From positions 127,782,001-127,846,000 of the forward strand of contig NC_043001.1 in assembly GCF_006345805.1 (NCBI RefSeq): DNA of 64,000 bases, given 5' to 3'. The notes below the pieces were generated by a model. That model did not search any database. It was given only the letters and a program-made list of their open reading frames with translations, and was not told where the DNA came from. The translations under genes were made by a program, and so were the position numbers. The stretch comes from Octopus sinensis (lineage: Eukaryota). Below, piece by piece: positions 50,836 to 63,554 of this stretch (position 1 is its first letter; every line of letters begins with the position of its first letter).

Positions 50836-51162
50836 TGGCTCAGTGGTTAGAGCATCAGGCTCACAATCATGAGGTACTGAGTTCGATTTCCAGACTGGCA
50901 TTTGTGTTGTGTTCTTGAACAGGACACTTTATTTCATGTTACTCCAGTTAACACAGCTATAGAAATGAGTTGCGATGTCACTGGTGATAAGCTGTATAGG
51001 CCTTTGCCTTTCCCTTGGATAACATCAGTCACATGGAGAAGAGAGGCTGGTATGCATGGGAAATAGCTAGTCTTCCATAAACAACCTTGCTTGGACTTGT
51101 GCCTTGGAGGGTAACTTTTTAAGTGCAATCCTATGGTCATTCATGACTGAAGGGGGTCTTTT
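50836..51162 (+). mobile_element. tRNA SINE of the fourth family
   Basis: GGCTCAGTGGTTAGAGC head, GAGTTCGATT B-box-like motif. Related heads at ~23370-23625 (-), ~54560-54800 (+) and 63895-64000 (+). Confidence 0.75.
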
Positions 51163-51590
51163 ATAATCTATAATACAGTTTTTATCAAGCTTCTTTCTCT
51201 CACAAAGTAAGGTTAATCTAAGCCTATAGAAACTGAGATTTGCCTCAGATGCCATGCAATGGGATTCACACGCACATCTTCAAGGTTACCAAGTGAACTT
51301 TTTTAACATTCTATACTTACCACCTTAACCACACTATGCCTACCACCCCAATTATGACATTTATAACTTATACATATGCACACCTACCAAAGCAGTTATT
51401 CTTTCGTTGGTTAGGGGCAATGCACATGACCTTTGTAGATTATCCAAGACTAATGGTGTGGATGCTGTTGACACTCCTCTTGAACACTTGCTAGTCAATG
51501 GCTGCAGGAAAGTTATAAATAGAGAGAAAAATCCAGAGGGAAGACATTCTTCGAGAAGTCTCAATATACCAGAATAATGTATTGAGGAAC

Positions 51591-53085
51591 ATCATCATCA
51601 TCATCATCATCATTCAAAAGTCCGCTTTTCATACTAGCATGGGTTGGACGATTTGACCGAGGACTAGTAAACCAGCTGGCTGCACCAGGCTCCAATCTTG
51701 ATCTGGCAGAGTTTCTACAGCTGGATGCCCTTCCTAACACCAACCACTCCGAGAGTGTAGTGGGTGCTTTTACATGCCACTGGCATGAGAGCCAGTCAGG
51801 CGGTACTGGCAATGGCCACTCTCAAATGGTGTTTTTTTACGTGCCACCTGCACAGGAGCCAGTCCAGCGGCACTGGCAACGACCTCACTCGAATGTTTTT
51901 TCACGTGCCAGTAAAGCAACGCTGGTAATGATCACACTTGAATAGTGCTTTTTATGTGCCACTGGCACGGAAGCCAGTTAGCCGCTCTGGCAACGATCGC
52001 ACTCGGATGGTGCTCTTAGCGCTCCACTAGCACGGATGCCAGTCATCGAATTTGATTTTGATTTCAATTTCACTTGCCTCAACAGGTCTTTGCAAGCAGA
52101 GTTTAATGTCTAATGAAGGAAAGGTATTCACAAGTGGGATGGTTATACCCCTGGCATAGGCCACAAGGTTATGGTATCATTTGACTTACCGGGTCTTCTC
52201 AAGCACAGCATATTTCCAAAAGTCTCGGTCACTAGTCATTGCCTCGGTGAGGCCCAATGTTTGAAGGTCGTGCTTCACCACTTCATCCCAGGTCTTCCTG
52301 GGTGTACCTCTTCCACAGGTTCCCTCAACCGCTAGGGTGTGGCACTTTTTCACACAGCTATCCTCATCCATTCTCACCACATGACCACACCAGCGCAGTT
52401 GTCACTTTTGCACACTACATCTGATGCTTCTTGGGTCCAACTTTTCTCTCGAGGTACTTACACTCTGTCGAGTATGCACACTGACATTATACATCCATCA
52501 GATCATACTGGCTTCATTGCTTGTGAGCTTACGCATGTCCTCAGCAGTCACAGCCCATGTTTCACTGCCATGTAGCATGGCTGTTTGTACACATGCATCA
52601 TACAGTCTACTTTTTACTCTGACCAAGAGACCCTTTGTCACTAGCAGAGGTAAGAGCTCTCTGGACTTTGCCCAGGTTATTCTTATTCTAGCAGCTACAC
52701 TTTCAGAGCACCTTCCCCCCGCTACTGACTTGGTCACCTACGTAACGGAAGCTATCAACTACTTCTAGTTTTTCTCCCTGGAATGTGGCGGAAGTTGTTC
52801 TCTGCATATTTTCGGTGTTTATTGCTCCTGAGCATCTGCCACAAACAAAACCTATCTTCCCAGTTAGCCTTTCTTTGATATTGCTGCACTTCTTATGTGT
52901 CCATAGCTTATACTGGGTACATCTTATAGAGTTTCTACCTACACCTTTTCTACAGATCAAGCAGGGCCATCTACCTGAAGGGATTTGTGGTTTGCCTGCC
53001 TTCCTACTTATTAGGACTTTGGTTTTAGCTAGGTTAGGGTTAGAGTTAGCTGTTTCTGCTAAGAGGTCACAGTACCCCATATGTT
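51591..53085 (-). mobile_element. RTE LINE 3' ~1.5 kb with a PHD-like finger inside the RT C-terminal region
   Basis: KTKVL...WPCLICRKGVGRNSIRCTQYKLWTHKKC...FVCGRC...EVVDSFRYVGD, LHGSETW, RWCGHVVRM, GRGTPRKTW...EKTR*; repeat-containing 3'UTR and (GAT)n tail. Confidence 0.9.
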
Positions 53086-53253
53086 ATTTCCATCTTTTCA
53101 GTGTACTGTAGTGATCGGTAGATATAACCAACACTTGTGTATTAATAATTGGGTATTCTACCAGCAGTATATTGGATAGATATTATCCATTAGTTCCTTG
53201 GATTCACAACCTCTAACTCTCTTTGAATTATATATATATATTTATAAATATAA

Positions 53254-53284
<31 letters not shown>

Positions 53285-53825
53285 TTATGAGAGAGATAAG
53301 TAAACTTTTTTATTTAAGAAATATTATTGTACTCTATATAATTATTGATTGTTAAATATGAATTTATAATTTTAATTTGTTAATGATAATTTAGACATAT
53401 ACATTTATTTAATTATTATTAGTTTATAATTATTAAATTTTAAGATATTAGTTAATCGCTTTGCGATCTAGATCATAAAAATGCTTTAAATTTAACTATA
53501 AGTTTCTTATTGTATTTCTAGTCATTATATATTTCTAGTACTATTAAATTTAATAATAATAGTAATAATAAATATTTTATAAAGATGGGTTATACGTTTT
53601 TAATCAGGAATTTTTCAATTCTTAATTTGTATTTCATAAATATTTTCTAAAGATATCTATAATATTTATGTAAGTAATAATGGACTAATTTATTTACTGG
53701 TTTATACTTATATGTTTACTGGTAGAAAAAATATAGATTTTTAATTACTATATTTGTTGGTTATAATTTAGATAATTGTTTTTATGTATTTATTATTTTA
53801 TAATTATTATATGTGGACTAAAACA

Positions 53826-53897
53826 GACAGATAGATAGATAGATAAGATAGATAGATAGATTGATTGATAGATATAGAAAGATAGACACAGATAAAC

Positions 53898-53930
<33 letters not shown>

Positions 53931-53946
53931 TGTAGCTACTTCAATC

Positions 53947-53984
<38 letters not shown>

Positions 53985-53993
53985 CAAACAAGC

Positions 53994-54024
<31 letters not shown>

Positions 54025-54030
54025 CAGATA
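53826..54030. repeat. (TAGA)n tetranucleotide microsatellite, imperfect
   Basis: Direct inspection. Confidence 0.9.
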
Positions 54031-54947
54031 TATAAGGGTCTGATTATATGTGTACTTATTTATACCTATAGATATAAACAGATTTAAATATAGATGTGTG
54101 TGTGATTGTCATCATTCTAAAATTAGTTTTTAGTCTGCCATGGGGTGAATTTATCTTTTAGCTTCTCAAAGCACATGCACAATCTTTGCCATTTGATGTG
54201 TATGTATGTCATGTTATTGTATTTTCGCATGCTATTTGTGGCTACATGTCCTTCCTGTCCGAGTACTGGAGATGTTATCTCTGACAAGACTAAAAAGTCC
54301 TATGTCCTACATTGTCTCTTTTCTTTCTTTCCTATTTATAGAACATACACTATAATATCTCAACTCATCTCTCTTGCCCTTTCTCTAACTTTCTCCCTCT
54401 CTTTCTTTCTTTCTCTCTCTCTCTCGTTCTCGCTTTCTCTTTCATGACCTAGCATGAGGGTTTGTTTTCAGTTGTGTGAAGTTAATTAGTCATTAATCAC
54501 TGTATTTATCAGTAACATATACATTAGTATAATATTAGTCAGTAACTACTTGTGAAGTTGAAATGAGCAGCCTAGTGATTAGCGGGTTGGACTTATGATC
54601 ACAAGATTGTGGTTTCAATTCCTGAACCAGGCAAGATGTTGTGTTCTTGAGCAAAACACTTCATTTCACATTGCTCCAGTCCACTCAGTGGGCAAAAATG
54701 AGTAATCCTGGGACAGACCGGCATTACATCGAGTGGGTAAATATATGAATATGCCACAGGAACTAGAAAACTGGCCCTATGAGTCCATAGGGATCAAGAA
54801 GGATACCTTATCCATATCTGTTCTCTACTGAGCCACATTTGACAAATGCATCTGATCAGTTGTGTGGATCCCTATTACGACAAATATGACCATTTACCCC
54901 ACCTTTCTTCCTCTATAATATAATGATAATAATAATAATAATAATAA

Positions 54948-55391
54948 ACATTGTGTACAGTGCTCAGGTGCACTACAACTCATCGAAAGTGTATATATAA
55001 TCAGGTGTAGTTTCGACGGATTTCGGAAAGCATGAGGGCCTTAAAGGATGCAGTGTCATGGCAGTCAACAACTGACGCAGGCAGTTTATTCCATGCTTCA
55101 GCAACTCTGAGTGTGAAGAAATGTTTCCGAAAGTCATGGGAGCTGTGTTGTTTTCTGACTTTGTAGGCATGTCCACGTGTGTTAGACACATGGAGATCAA
55201 AAAGGTGTTCAGTGTTGTTATTGGTGAGGTGGTTGACAACTTTGTGGGTGTTTACCAAGTCCGTCGCCAGACGCCGGAGCTTCAGTGAATCCATGCCCAG
55301 GGAAACAAGGCGCTCAGAATATGGTAGGTGTCTGATGGAGGGTATGCGTTTGGTTGCACGTCTCTGAACAGATTCCAGGAGGTCAATGTAA

Positions 55392-55394
<3 letters not shown>
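54948..55394 (-). mobile_element. CR1-clade LINE 3' fragment within (AAT)n
   Basis: LLESVQRRATKRIP...YSERL..L...L.LRRLATDL...TRGH.YKV...FFTLRV.EAWNKLP..VV; (AAT)n on both flanks. Confidence 0.9.
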
Positions 55395-55438
<44 letters not shown>

Positions 55439-56187
55439 GCTAAGTATGGCCTTGATTACTCCAATTATCCCAACTAAATTGACAATGTCTGACAGAAATG
55501 GAGCCACATGTACTTGACATATACTTAATTTTATCAATCCTGGAGGAATGAAGTAAGGTGTCTGGTTCAGTAGTTAGAGCATTGGGCTCACAAGATTGAA
55601 ATAGTGAGCACCTTCTTGAAAAATTTCTAGTCAAATGAATCAACTCCAGTACTTATATTTTGTTAAGCTTGGTATTTATTCTACCAGTCACTTTTTGCCA
55701 AACCACCAAGTTGGGGACATAAGCACACCAACACCAGTTGTCAAGTGGTGGTGGTGGGGGGGGGCACACAAATACAGACACAAAGACACACACACACATA
55801 GGTTTAAAACTATTGAAAAGGTTGCAAGATGCAAAGAAAATTTTAGAAAAATAAAAAAGAAATAAGTGGAAATTTTACCGGTGAGTGTGTTAAATTATAA
55901 AGCACAAAAAGAAAATGACTCTCTCCAGACAACAGAATATGTATGTGTGTATATATATATATATATATACACTTATATACAACAGTCTTCTTTCAGTTTC
56001 TGTTTACCAAATCCACTCGCAAGGCTTTAGTTGGTCTGAGGCTATTGTACAAGACACTTGCCCAAAGTGTTATGCAGTGGAACTGAACCCGGAACCATGT
56101 GGTTGGGAAGCAAGTTTCTTACCACACAGCCACAGCCACACACATACGGGTGTGTCTATGTGTGTGTGTATATATATATATATATGT

Positions 56188-56490
56188 GGAGGTGCAATGG
56201 CCCAGTGGTTAGGGCAGTGGACTCGCAGTCTTAGGATAGCAGTTTCGATTCCCAGACCGGGCGTTGTGAGTTTTTATTGAGCGAAAACACCTAAAGCTCC
56301 ACGAGGTTCCTGTAGGGGGGAGGGGGCGATCCCTGTTGTACTCTTTAGCCACAAATTTCTCCCACTCTTTCTTCTGTTGGCCTGCTCGCTTAGCCAGCGG
56401 GGTGGCGTCATTTGAAGGCTAAAGCAATGTGAAGCGCATTGTGACCAGCGATGTGTAGCAACATCTGATAGCCTGGTCTGTCATGGTGAT
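56188..56490 (+). mobile_element. OR-like tRNA SINE, tail B, embedded in (TA)n
   Basis: Same tail as 21309-21622; (TA)n on both sides. Confidence 0.85.
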
Positions 56491-56901
56491 ATATATATAT
56501 ACATATAAATGATACGAAATGATATGATCTTGAAACATTGAGCTTCATAATGAGTTACATAGAACTGAGATGCATAAAAAGATGCTGTATTGCAAAATTG
56601 CTCGTGCTATGTTGACAGATTAAAAGCGATATTAAAAAGGCCCATTTCCCACTCTCCCTTTACACTCTTGTGAACGTACCTACCCACTCACCCTGTCCAA
56701 TCCTCTGTACCTCTCCACTTCACTTAACATTCATCTTCTACTGCAAGACATTTGTTTCTGTCCTTCTATCATACTTTAACCTCTCATACCTGCGAAAAGG
56801 TAAAATTTAAGACGATGTATTTAAAAAGTCTTTGAAATTCTGTTGCCAAACTTTTGCTGAATAATTCTTCATAATGAATAAATCAGCAGCTTTGGATTTA
56901 G

Positions 56902-57241
56902 TTCGTCCATCCATATAACATTCTTTTTTTTTTTTTTTTTTTTTTGCATCTCCAATGTAAGAACAAATTATGGTATGCATTTCATCAGCAGCAGAAGTAA
57001 TTATCGGTGGCAGTGGTCGTGGCTGGGGTGGAGTGTTGGGAACAGAGATTCAGCAGGTTGTTTCTGTGGTTTATTTAAACAACCTGGTGAATCTTTGCTC
57101 CCAACACCCCACCCCAGCCACGACCACTGCCACCGATAATTACTTCTGCTGCTGATGAAATGCGTACCACAATTCCATTTGTTCTTACATAGGAGATGCA
57201 AAAAAAAAAAAAAAAAAAAGAATGTTATATGGATGGACGAA
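56902..57241. repeat. Long hairpin: ~162-bp imperfect arms, 13-nt loop
   Basis: 56902-57063 pairs with 57077-57241; several mismatches, a 5-bp indel and a poly-T/poly-A length difference. Confidence 0.9.
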
Positions 57242-57527
57242 AGCCATTTGTTAATAACGGACCCTCCCATTGAAGACGACGTATGAGTGTTCAGCTTTAG
57301 CTAAACAACCTGCACAAAGGATTTGTTTGTAGTGATCAAATGCATGTGCAGTACATTATCTCAGTCTTTCTATCAAATTGACATTGCCTAAACAGGTGCA
57401 TGGTGTATCATGTGTCAGGTGTCAAAGTGATCGCAGAGCAACTTGAGATGAAGTGTCTTGCTCAAGAACACAATGTACCTTGTGATCAAGAGTGCAACAC
57501 CCTAAGCAGCAGGCCATGCACCCTCAC

Positions 57528-57574
<47 letters not shown>

Positions 57575-57583
57575 TAATAATAA

Positions 57584-57891
57584 TCCTTTCTACTAAAGGT
57601 ACAAGGCCTGAAATTTAGAGGGTGGGGGGCAGTTCTCGGGGATATTCAGCGTGACACAGAGAGTGACAAGGCCGGCCCTTTGAAATACAGGTACAACAGA
57701 AACAGGAAGTAAGAGTGAGAGAAAGTTGTGGTGAAAGAGTACAGCAGGGATCACCACCATCCCCTGCCGGAGCCTCGTGGAGCTTTTAGGTGTTTTCGCT
57801 CAATAAACACTCACAACGCCAGTCTGGGAATCGAAACCGCGATCCTACGACCGCGAGTCTGCTGCCCTAACCACTGGGCCATTGCGCCTCC
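57584..57891 (-). mobile_element. Chimeric SINE: OR-like head and part of tail A joined to Meta-SINE tail a plus (ATT)n
   Basis: Minus strand reads ...CTGAATATCCCCGAGAACT | GCCCCCCACCCTCTAAATTTCAGGCCTTGTACCTTTAGTAGAAAGG-(ATT)n. Confidence 0.7.
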
Positions 57892-58489
57892 ACATATGAA
57901 TATGTAGAGAGTTGGGCAATACACATATGGGTTTCAGTCAGTAGTTGGGTTTCCTTCTCAGAAAACAGCCAAAAATGGCTACATTCCTTTGTGCTGTCTA
58001 TCATTTTTATAGGCCAATATATACAGGTGTGTGTTTGTGTTCATATTTATATAATGACCAATGAGTAGTATCTATTCAGTACAAAAAGATATCTGGAGGT
58101 TCTGCGGTGACCATAATGGGTGTAGCGTATGTATTGTTAAGTAATACCTGGCAAAAAGCCACTTTCCTCAATACTACTCATCCTCTCAGTTGAGGGATTT
58201 TGTCTTGCAAGTTACTTGATGACCTTGATGTTGGTACCATGTAAAAAGCAATCCAGAACTCTGTAAAGTGGTTGATGTTAGGAAGGGTATCACTCCATGG
58301 AAATCATACCAAAGCAAGTAGTAGTGCTTGGTACAGCCCTCTGGCTCACCAGCTCCTGTCAAACCCATGCCAGCATGGAAAACAGACATTAAATGTTGAC
58401 GATGATGATGATTATAAGTTGGGAAGTGGGTAGAGGATGATGATAGTGGTGGTGGCAATGGTAATTTTTATGTTGCTGCTGCTACTGCT

Positions 58490-58864
58490 GTTGCTGTTGA
58501 GCAAATGGTCTTCGTCCCAGAACTCGCAAGATGGGAGAAGTCCAAAACGTGTTCCTTTGCTATTCGTAAGACCTGCAGAAGAGAAAGCAGATCAACCCCC
58601 GACACCGAGAGCATCGACAGATAGTTGAATGCGCATCCAGGCTCAGCGGTTGCGTAGGAAGTCGGAGACAAGAAACAGGAAGAAAGAGTGAGAGAAAGTT
58701 GGGGCGAAAGAGTACAACAGGGGTCACCACCACCCCCTGCTGGAGCCTCATGGAGCTTTAGGTGTTTTTGCTCAATAAACACACACAACGCTTGGTCTGG
58801 GAATCGAAACCGTGATCCTCCAACCACGAGTCCGCTGCCCTAACCACTGGGCCATTGCGCCTCC
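58490..58864 (-). mobile_element. OR-like tRNA SINE, tail C, embedded in (CTG/CAG)n
   Basis: Same head but a different tail (...GGTCTTACGAATAGCAAAGG...GAAGACCATTTGCTC); GCTGCTGCTACTG on both flanks. Confidence 0.8.
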
Positions 58865-60451
58865 ACTGCTGCTGCTACTGATCTGCATGGTAGTTTGATT
58901 ATGAAGATATGATAATAGTTCTAACAATGATATTTGTGATATATGATAATAAAAATAGATATTGTGCTCTAATTACTCCACAATTTCATCTAGCTTTTTC
59001 CACCGTATTAACATGGGTTTAATAATTACACAAATCATGAAAGGTTTTCATTAATTTTTTCTTTTCTTCTTTTTTTTTCTCTCTCTCACTTATGAAAGAT
59101 TTTATAGTTCTGCAGATAATAAAATGTTGTTTATGATAATTTTCAAAAATATTTTTATTTTATAATATATGTATTTTCTTTTACTGAATGTTTATTTAAA
59201 AACTAACCATTTTCAAATTCAAATATAAATTGAGAGTGGAAACTATTTATTCAAGTTGATTAAAAGGAGTGGAGAAAAAATCCCAGAGAAAAAATACAAT
59301 GCTGGTGGCAAGTTTTGTTATGAGATTATAATTTCACTCTTATTAATTAATCAATTAAGTAATTAACATTACATTAAAAAACTATGTATAGGCACAGGAG
59401 TGGCTGTGTGGTAAGTAGCTTGCTAACCAACCACATGGTTCTGGGTTCAGTCCCACTGTGTGGCATCTTGGGCAAGTGTCTTCTGCTATAGCCCCGGGCC
59501 GACCAATGCCTTGTGAGTGGATTTGGTAGACGGAAACTGAAAGAAGCCTGTCGTATATATGTATATATATATATAAGTGTGTGTGTATGTGTTTGTGTGT
59601 ATGTGTTTGTGTGTCTGTGTTTGTCCCCCTAGCATTGCTTGACAACCGATGCTGGTGTGTTTACGTCCCCGTCACTTAGTGGTTCGGCAAAAGAGACCGA
59701 TAGAATAAGTACTGGGCTTACAAAGAATAAGTCCCGGGGTTGATTTGCTCGACTAAAGGCGGTGCTCCAGCATGGCCACAGTCAAATGACTGAAACAAGT
59801 AAAAGAGTAAAAGAGAGAGAGAAAGTCTTGTTGATTTAAAAACCCTAAAATTCTAAATTTTTTCAAAGAAAGGGCTAAAATATTTCCTTTTTATTAATTA
59901 GTTGGTTACTTTGGTTATTAGTTGCCAGCTTACTAGCTAGTTGGTTTGCTAGCTAGTGAGCTGGTTATGTAGTTTGCTAGTTAGCTAGTTAGTTAGTGAG
60001 TCAGTTGGTTTGGTCCAGTTCAATCTGTTGGTTGAGCTGATGAGGTCAGATCTGCCCACCCATCCATCCACCTATCCAAACTGTCTATCTGACTCATTTG
60101 TCTATCCATCATGTCTATATGTTAATCTGTCTATCACATGCCTGTGCATTATACAACAGTTCTCCTTCAGTGAACCTGATCAATTTTTCAGTATTTGCTA
60201 AGGTACAGGCTCTACAGTATACTATGTATACACCAGCTTTTACAAATTATAACAGCCACATGAATAATTCAGAATATTGACTTATGTGCATGTGCAAGAG
60301 GTAGGAGTTGCAGTGTGCCCATGCATGCATGTTTACAAAAATGATTCAGTGAAATTGATACAGCTAATGTCTTTGAACAATTGCAAATTGAGACCTGCTG
60401 AAATAACCTGGGCAGGGAGAGAATGCCCTTGGGTTAGTGTTAGCTGGAGAA

Positions 60452-61185
60452 GGAACATAGGCGGTGAGCTGGCAGAATCATTAGCACGCCGGGCGAAATG
60501 TGTAGCCATATTTCATCTGCCATTACATTCTGAGTTCAAATTCCGCTGAGGTCAACTTTGCCTTTCATCCTTTCAGGGTCGATAAATTAAGTACCAGTTA
60601 CGCACTGGGGTCGATGTAATCGACTTAATCTGTTTGTCTGTCCTTGTTTGTCCCCTCTGTATTTAGCCCCTTGTGGGTAGTAAAGAAATAGAAAGAACTA
60701 GGAATGGTAGTTTGTGCATGCTTCAGAGGGATACAGTATGAGTGATGAGAATAGAAGTGGGTGAGTTGTGTAGATCTAAGGAGAGGTTACATGAGAGCAA
60801 CCAGTTAAGACAAGCAAAGCCACTTAGTAGTTGAAGAGAACACAGACTGAGTAGGCAGCATGTCTATGGGTCAGTGGGTGGTGTGTTGGTGGGCAACTTT
60901 AGGCTGGTTATTTGGAGGGCTTTTTTTGTGGATGATGTATAGGATGTCAGAAGGCGGCGAACTGGCAGAATCATTAGCACGCCAGGCGAAATGCTTAGCG
61001 GTATTTCGTCTGCCGCTATGTTCTGAGTTCAAATTCTGCCGAGGTCGACTTTGCCTTTCATCCTTTCGGGGTCGATTAAATTAGTACCAGTTACGCACTG
61101 GGGTCAATATAATCAACTTAATCCGTTTGTCTGTCCTTGTTTGTCTTCTCTGTGTTTAGCCCTTTGTGGGTAGTAAAAAAATAGC
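60452..61185 (+). mobile_element. Two young tail-c SINE copies (~60460-60690 and ~60951-61185)
   Basis: Full heads AGGCGGCGA.CTGGCAGAATCATTAG; the second has TSD ATAGGATGTCAG. Confidence 0.85.
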
Positions 61186-62879
61186 TATATAGGATGTCAG
61201 TATGTGTAATAGTAATACCATCTCAGATGGCTTGCATTGTTATGTTTACTTCTCATGAAGTAAAAGCTATCTGCAGCAATCCATTATTATAGTCCATAAG
61301 GTACATGAATCTCATGTTCCCAATGCTGGAGAAACCAGATCTAGATGCTGGCCCTAAGGCATGTTTGTGATTCCAAAAAGAATTAGATAGCTGGAAAACT
61401 TTTCCAGGAGATATGAAGCCACAGGATTTTAAAGGAAAGAAGAAATGGGCGTTGTGATGTTCATGCTTCTCCCAGTATAATTAATACATAGAACATTAAT
61501 TAGCAATATAGGGAAAATAATTTTAATTTTAAATCTACAAGATAGGTAACTGGTTTGGGAAATATTGGCTAAGGGGACGTAACTTTTACTTAGCGGTCAA
61601 ATGTTATTTATTAAATATATTCAGTCATTTGGTTAATGACTTTTTTATTATGAAAGGTAAAATTTTAATTAATTAAAATTTCTTAGCTCACTTCATCAAG
61701 TGCATTAGCTTCAACTTTAGCAACATTTTGAATTCATTTTATTTTCTATATATTTTTCACTGTAGAATAGTTGTAAGCTCCCCTTCCAGGAGGAAGTGAT
61801 ATTGCTTTAAGGTCCTAGTTTAGCTATTGTTCTTATTTTATTTCATGTACATTACTTTGAGCAAACCAATGATCAAAGGTGTTCCAGACGTGACTATTTA
61901 ATCTTTCAATCTTTCATACAGACATAATGTATCTAGAATACATTATCCAGTGTAGTTTTCCTTTTTGAAGATTGGGAGGTATGGTTTGAGGGGCGATTTG
62001 GCTTCTTTTTTTTTTTTTTCTCACAGATCAAGTAACCACGTTGCACCACTTCCTACCCTCATTTTTTCTTTTGTAATGTAAGTCAATCAAAAGAAGATCT
62101 TTGTGGGTCCTACCAGTATTGTGAGAATTATGTCATTGATGCATAATCTGAACATTTGAAGCTCAATACCTGCAGTAAAACACAGGATAGAGTAAACCCG
62201 GGTCCACTCCAAATACTTGCTAAAGAGTGAACTTTGCTAAAGGTGCCCCAAAACTAAGGAATGGGGGTTGTAATTGCTTAAACCCAAGTCAATTATGATC
62301 GACTTATGATCCCATGATCAAAGATATTCCAATCACAATATTTTATCTTTTTGTCATTTTTGACTACACTGCACAATGTAACCTTCCTTTTTTATGATGG
62401 TGGGTAATGATTTGAAGGAGATTTAACTATTCATTCTTGCAGATTGAGCTACCATGTAGAGACCCTCTTGGTGGCAAAGACCTCTCACATCTTCCCATTT
62501 TTATGAATATGGTTCAAGTAAAACCAAAGTCACTGTTCTTGGTTTTACTCTTTGGAGCTAATTTGTTGTCCATTGATGCTGCCAATAGATGGCAAGTTGG
62601 CGAAGTCACTGGAGTGTCAAAATGCTTTGCAGTATTTGTTCAAGCCCTCTGTGCTCTGAGTTCAATTCTCGCTGAAGTCATCCTTATTCTTTCATCCTTC
62701 CAAGATCAATAAAATAAATTACCAATCAGAGCAATGGATTGGTAGAATTGTCAGAGCATTGGATAAAACGCCTTGCAATATTTCTAGTGACTCTTACATT
62801 CTAAGTCTTTGGATGGTAGACATAATTCATTTAGCAAATTTAATGCAGCAGTAACTATATGAGAATAAGTACTAGTTAT

Positions 62880-63554
62880 ATGGAGTACCAAATAAATTTT
62901 TTAAAAATGAGCATTTTCAACATTTGCTTCTCCTTGTGTTCAGTGAAGGTTCCAAAGCTGCCAAAACTGCTCAAGACATTTGTGCTATGTATGGAGAAGG
63001 CACTATTATTAAAAGCACTACACAAAAATAGTTTTCATGCTTCAAGGAGAGGGAATTCAACCTCCCAAACTCTCCACATTCTGGCTGACCTGTTCAGTTC
63101 ACTGAAGGTTGATCAAACGAGCTCATTATCAAGAATGTGCACCAATCCAATTGGAAATTGATCCAGCAAATAGGATGCTCTCATGATACAATTGCCCATT
63201 ACTTTCACTTAATGGATAATCCATCTGAAATAATCTGAATGGTGACATGGTATGCTTCTTCAACATGACAACTCTCATTCTCACATTGCTAATTTGACCA
63301 AAAAATTCAATTTAAAAGGTTCTACTGCACCTACCATATTCTCTTGATATAATACCTTCAGATTATCACCTTTTCCAGTTGCTCTCCAGCAGTCTGTGAA
63401 GCATTTCATTCAGTGATGATATGTTGCTAAAAAAAAGTGGCTCGATGAATTCTTTGAGTCAAGACCCTGTGATTTCTACTGCCAAGGCATTGACAAGCTA
63501 GTGGAACACTTACAAGAATTTTTGAACAATAAAGAAGAATATATTATTGACTGA
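62880..63554 (+). mobile_element. mariner (DD34D-type) transposase remnant with a central deletion
   Basis: EHFQHLLLLVF..G.KAA..A..ICAMYGEG (HTH) and HSG.P, then LLQHDN, LHLPYSLDIIPSDYHLF and KWLDEFF.S....FY.QGIDKLV...EYIID*. Confidence 0.85.

Noticed and set aside
53290-53810. Extremely AT-rich block, possible mitochondrial insertion (NUMT)
   Set aside because: I found no recognisable mitochondrial ORF or rRNA motif in the frames examined. A nucleotide search would be needed.
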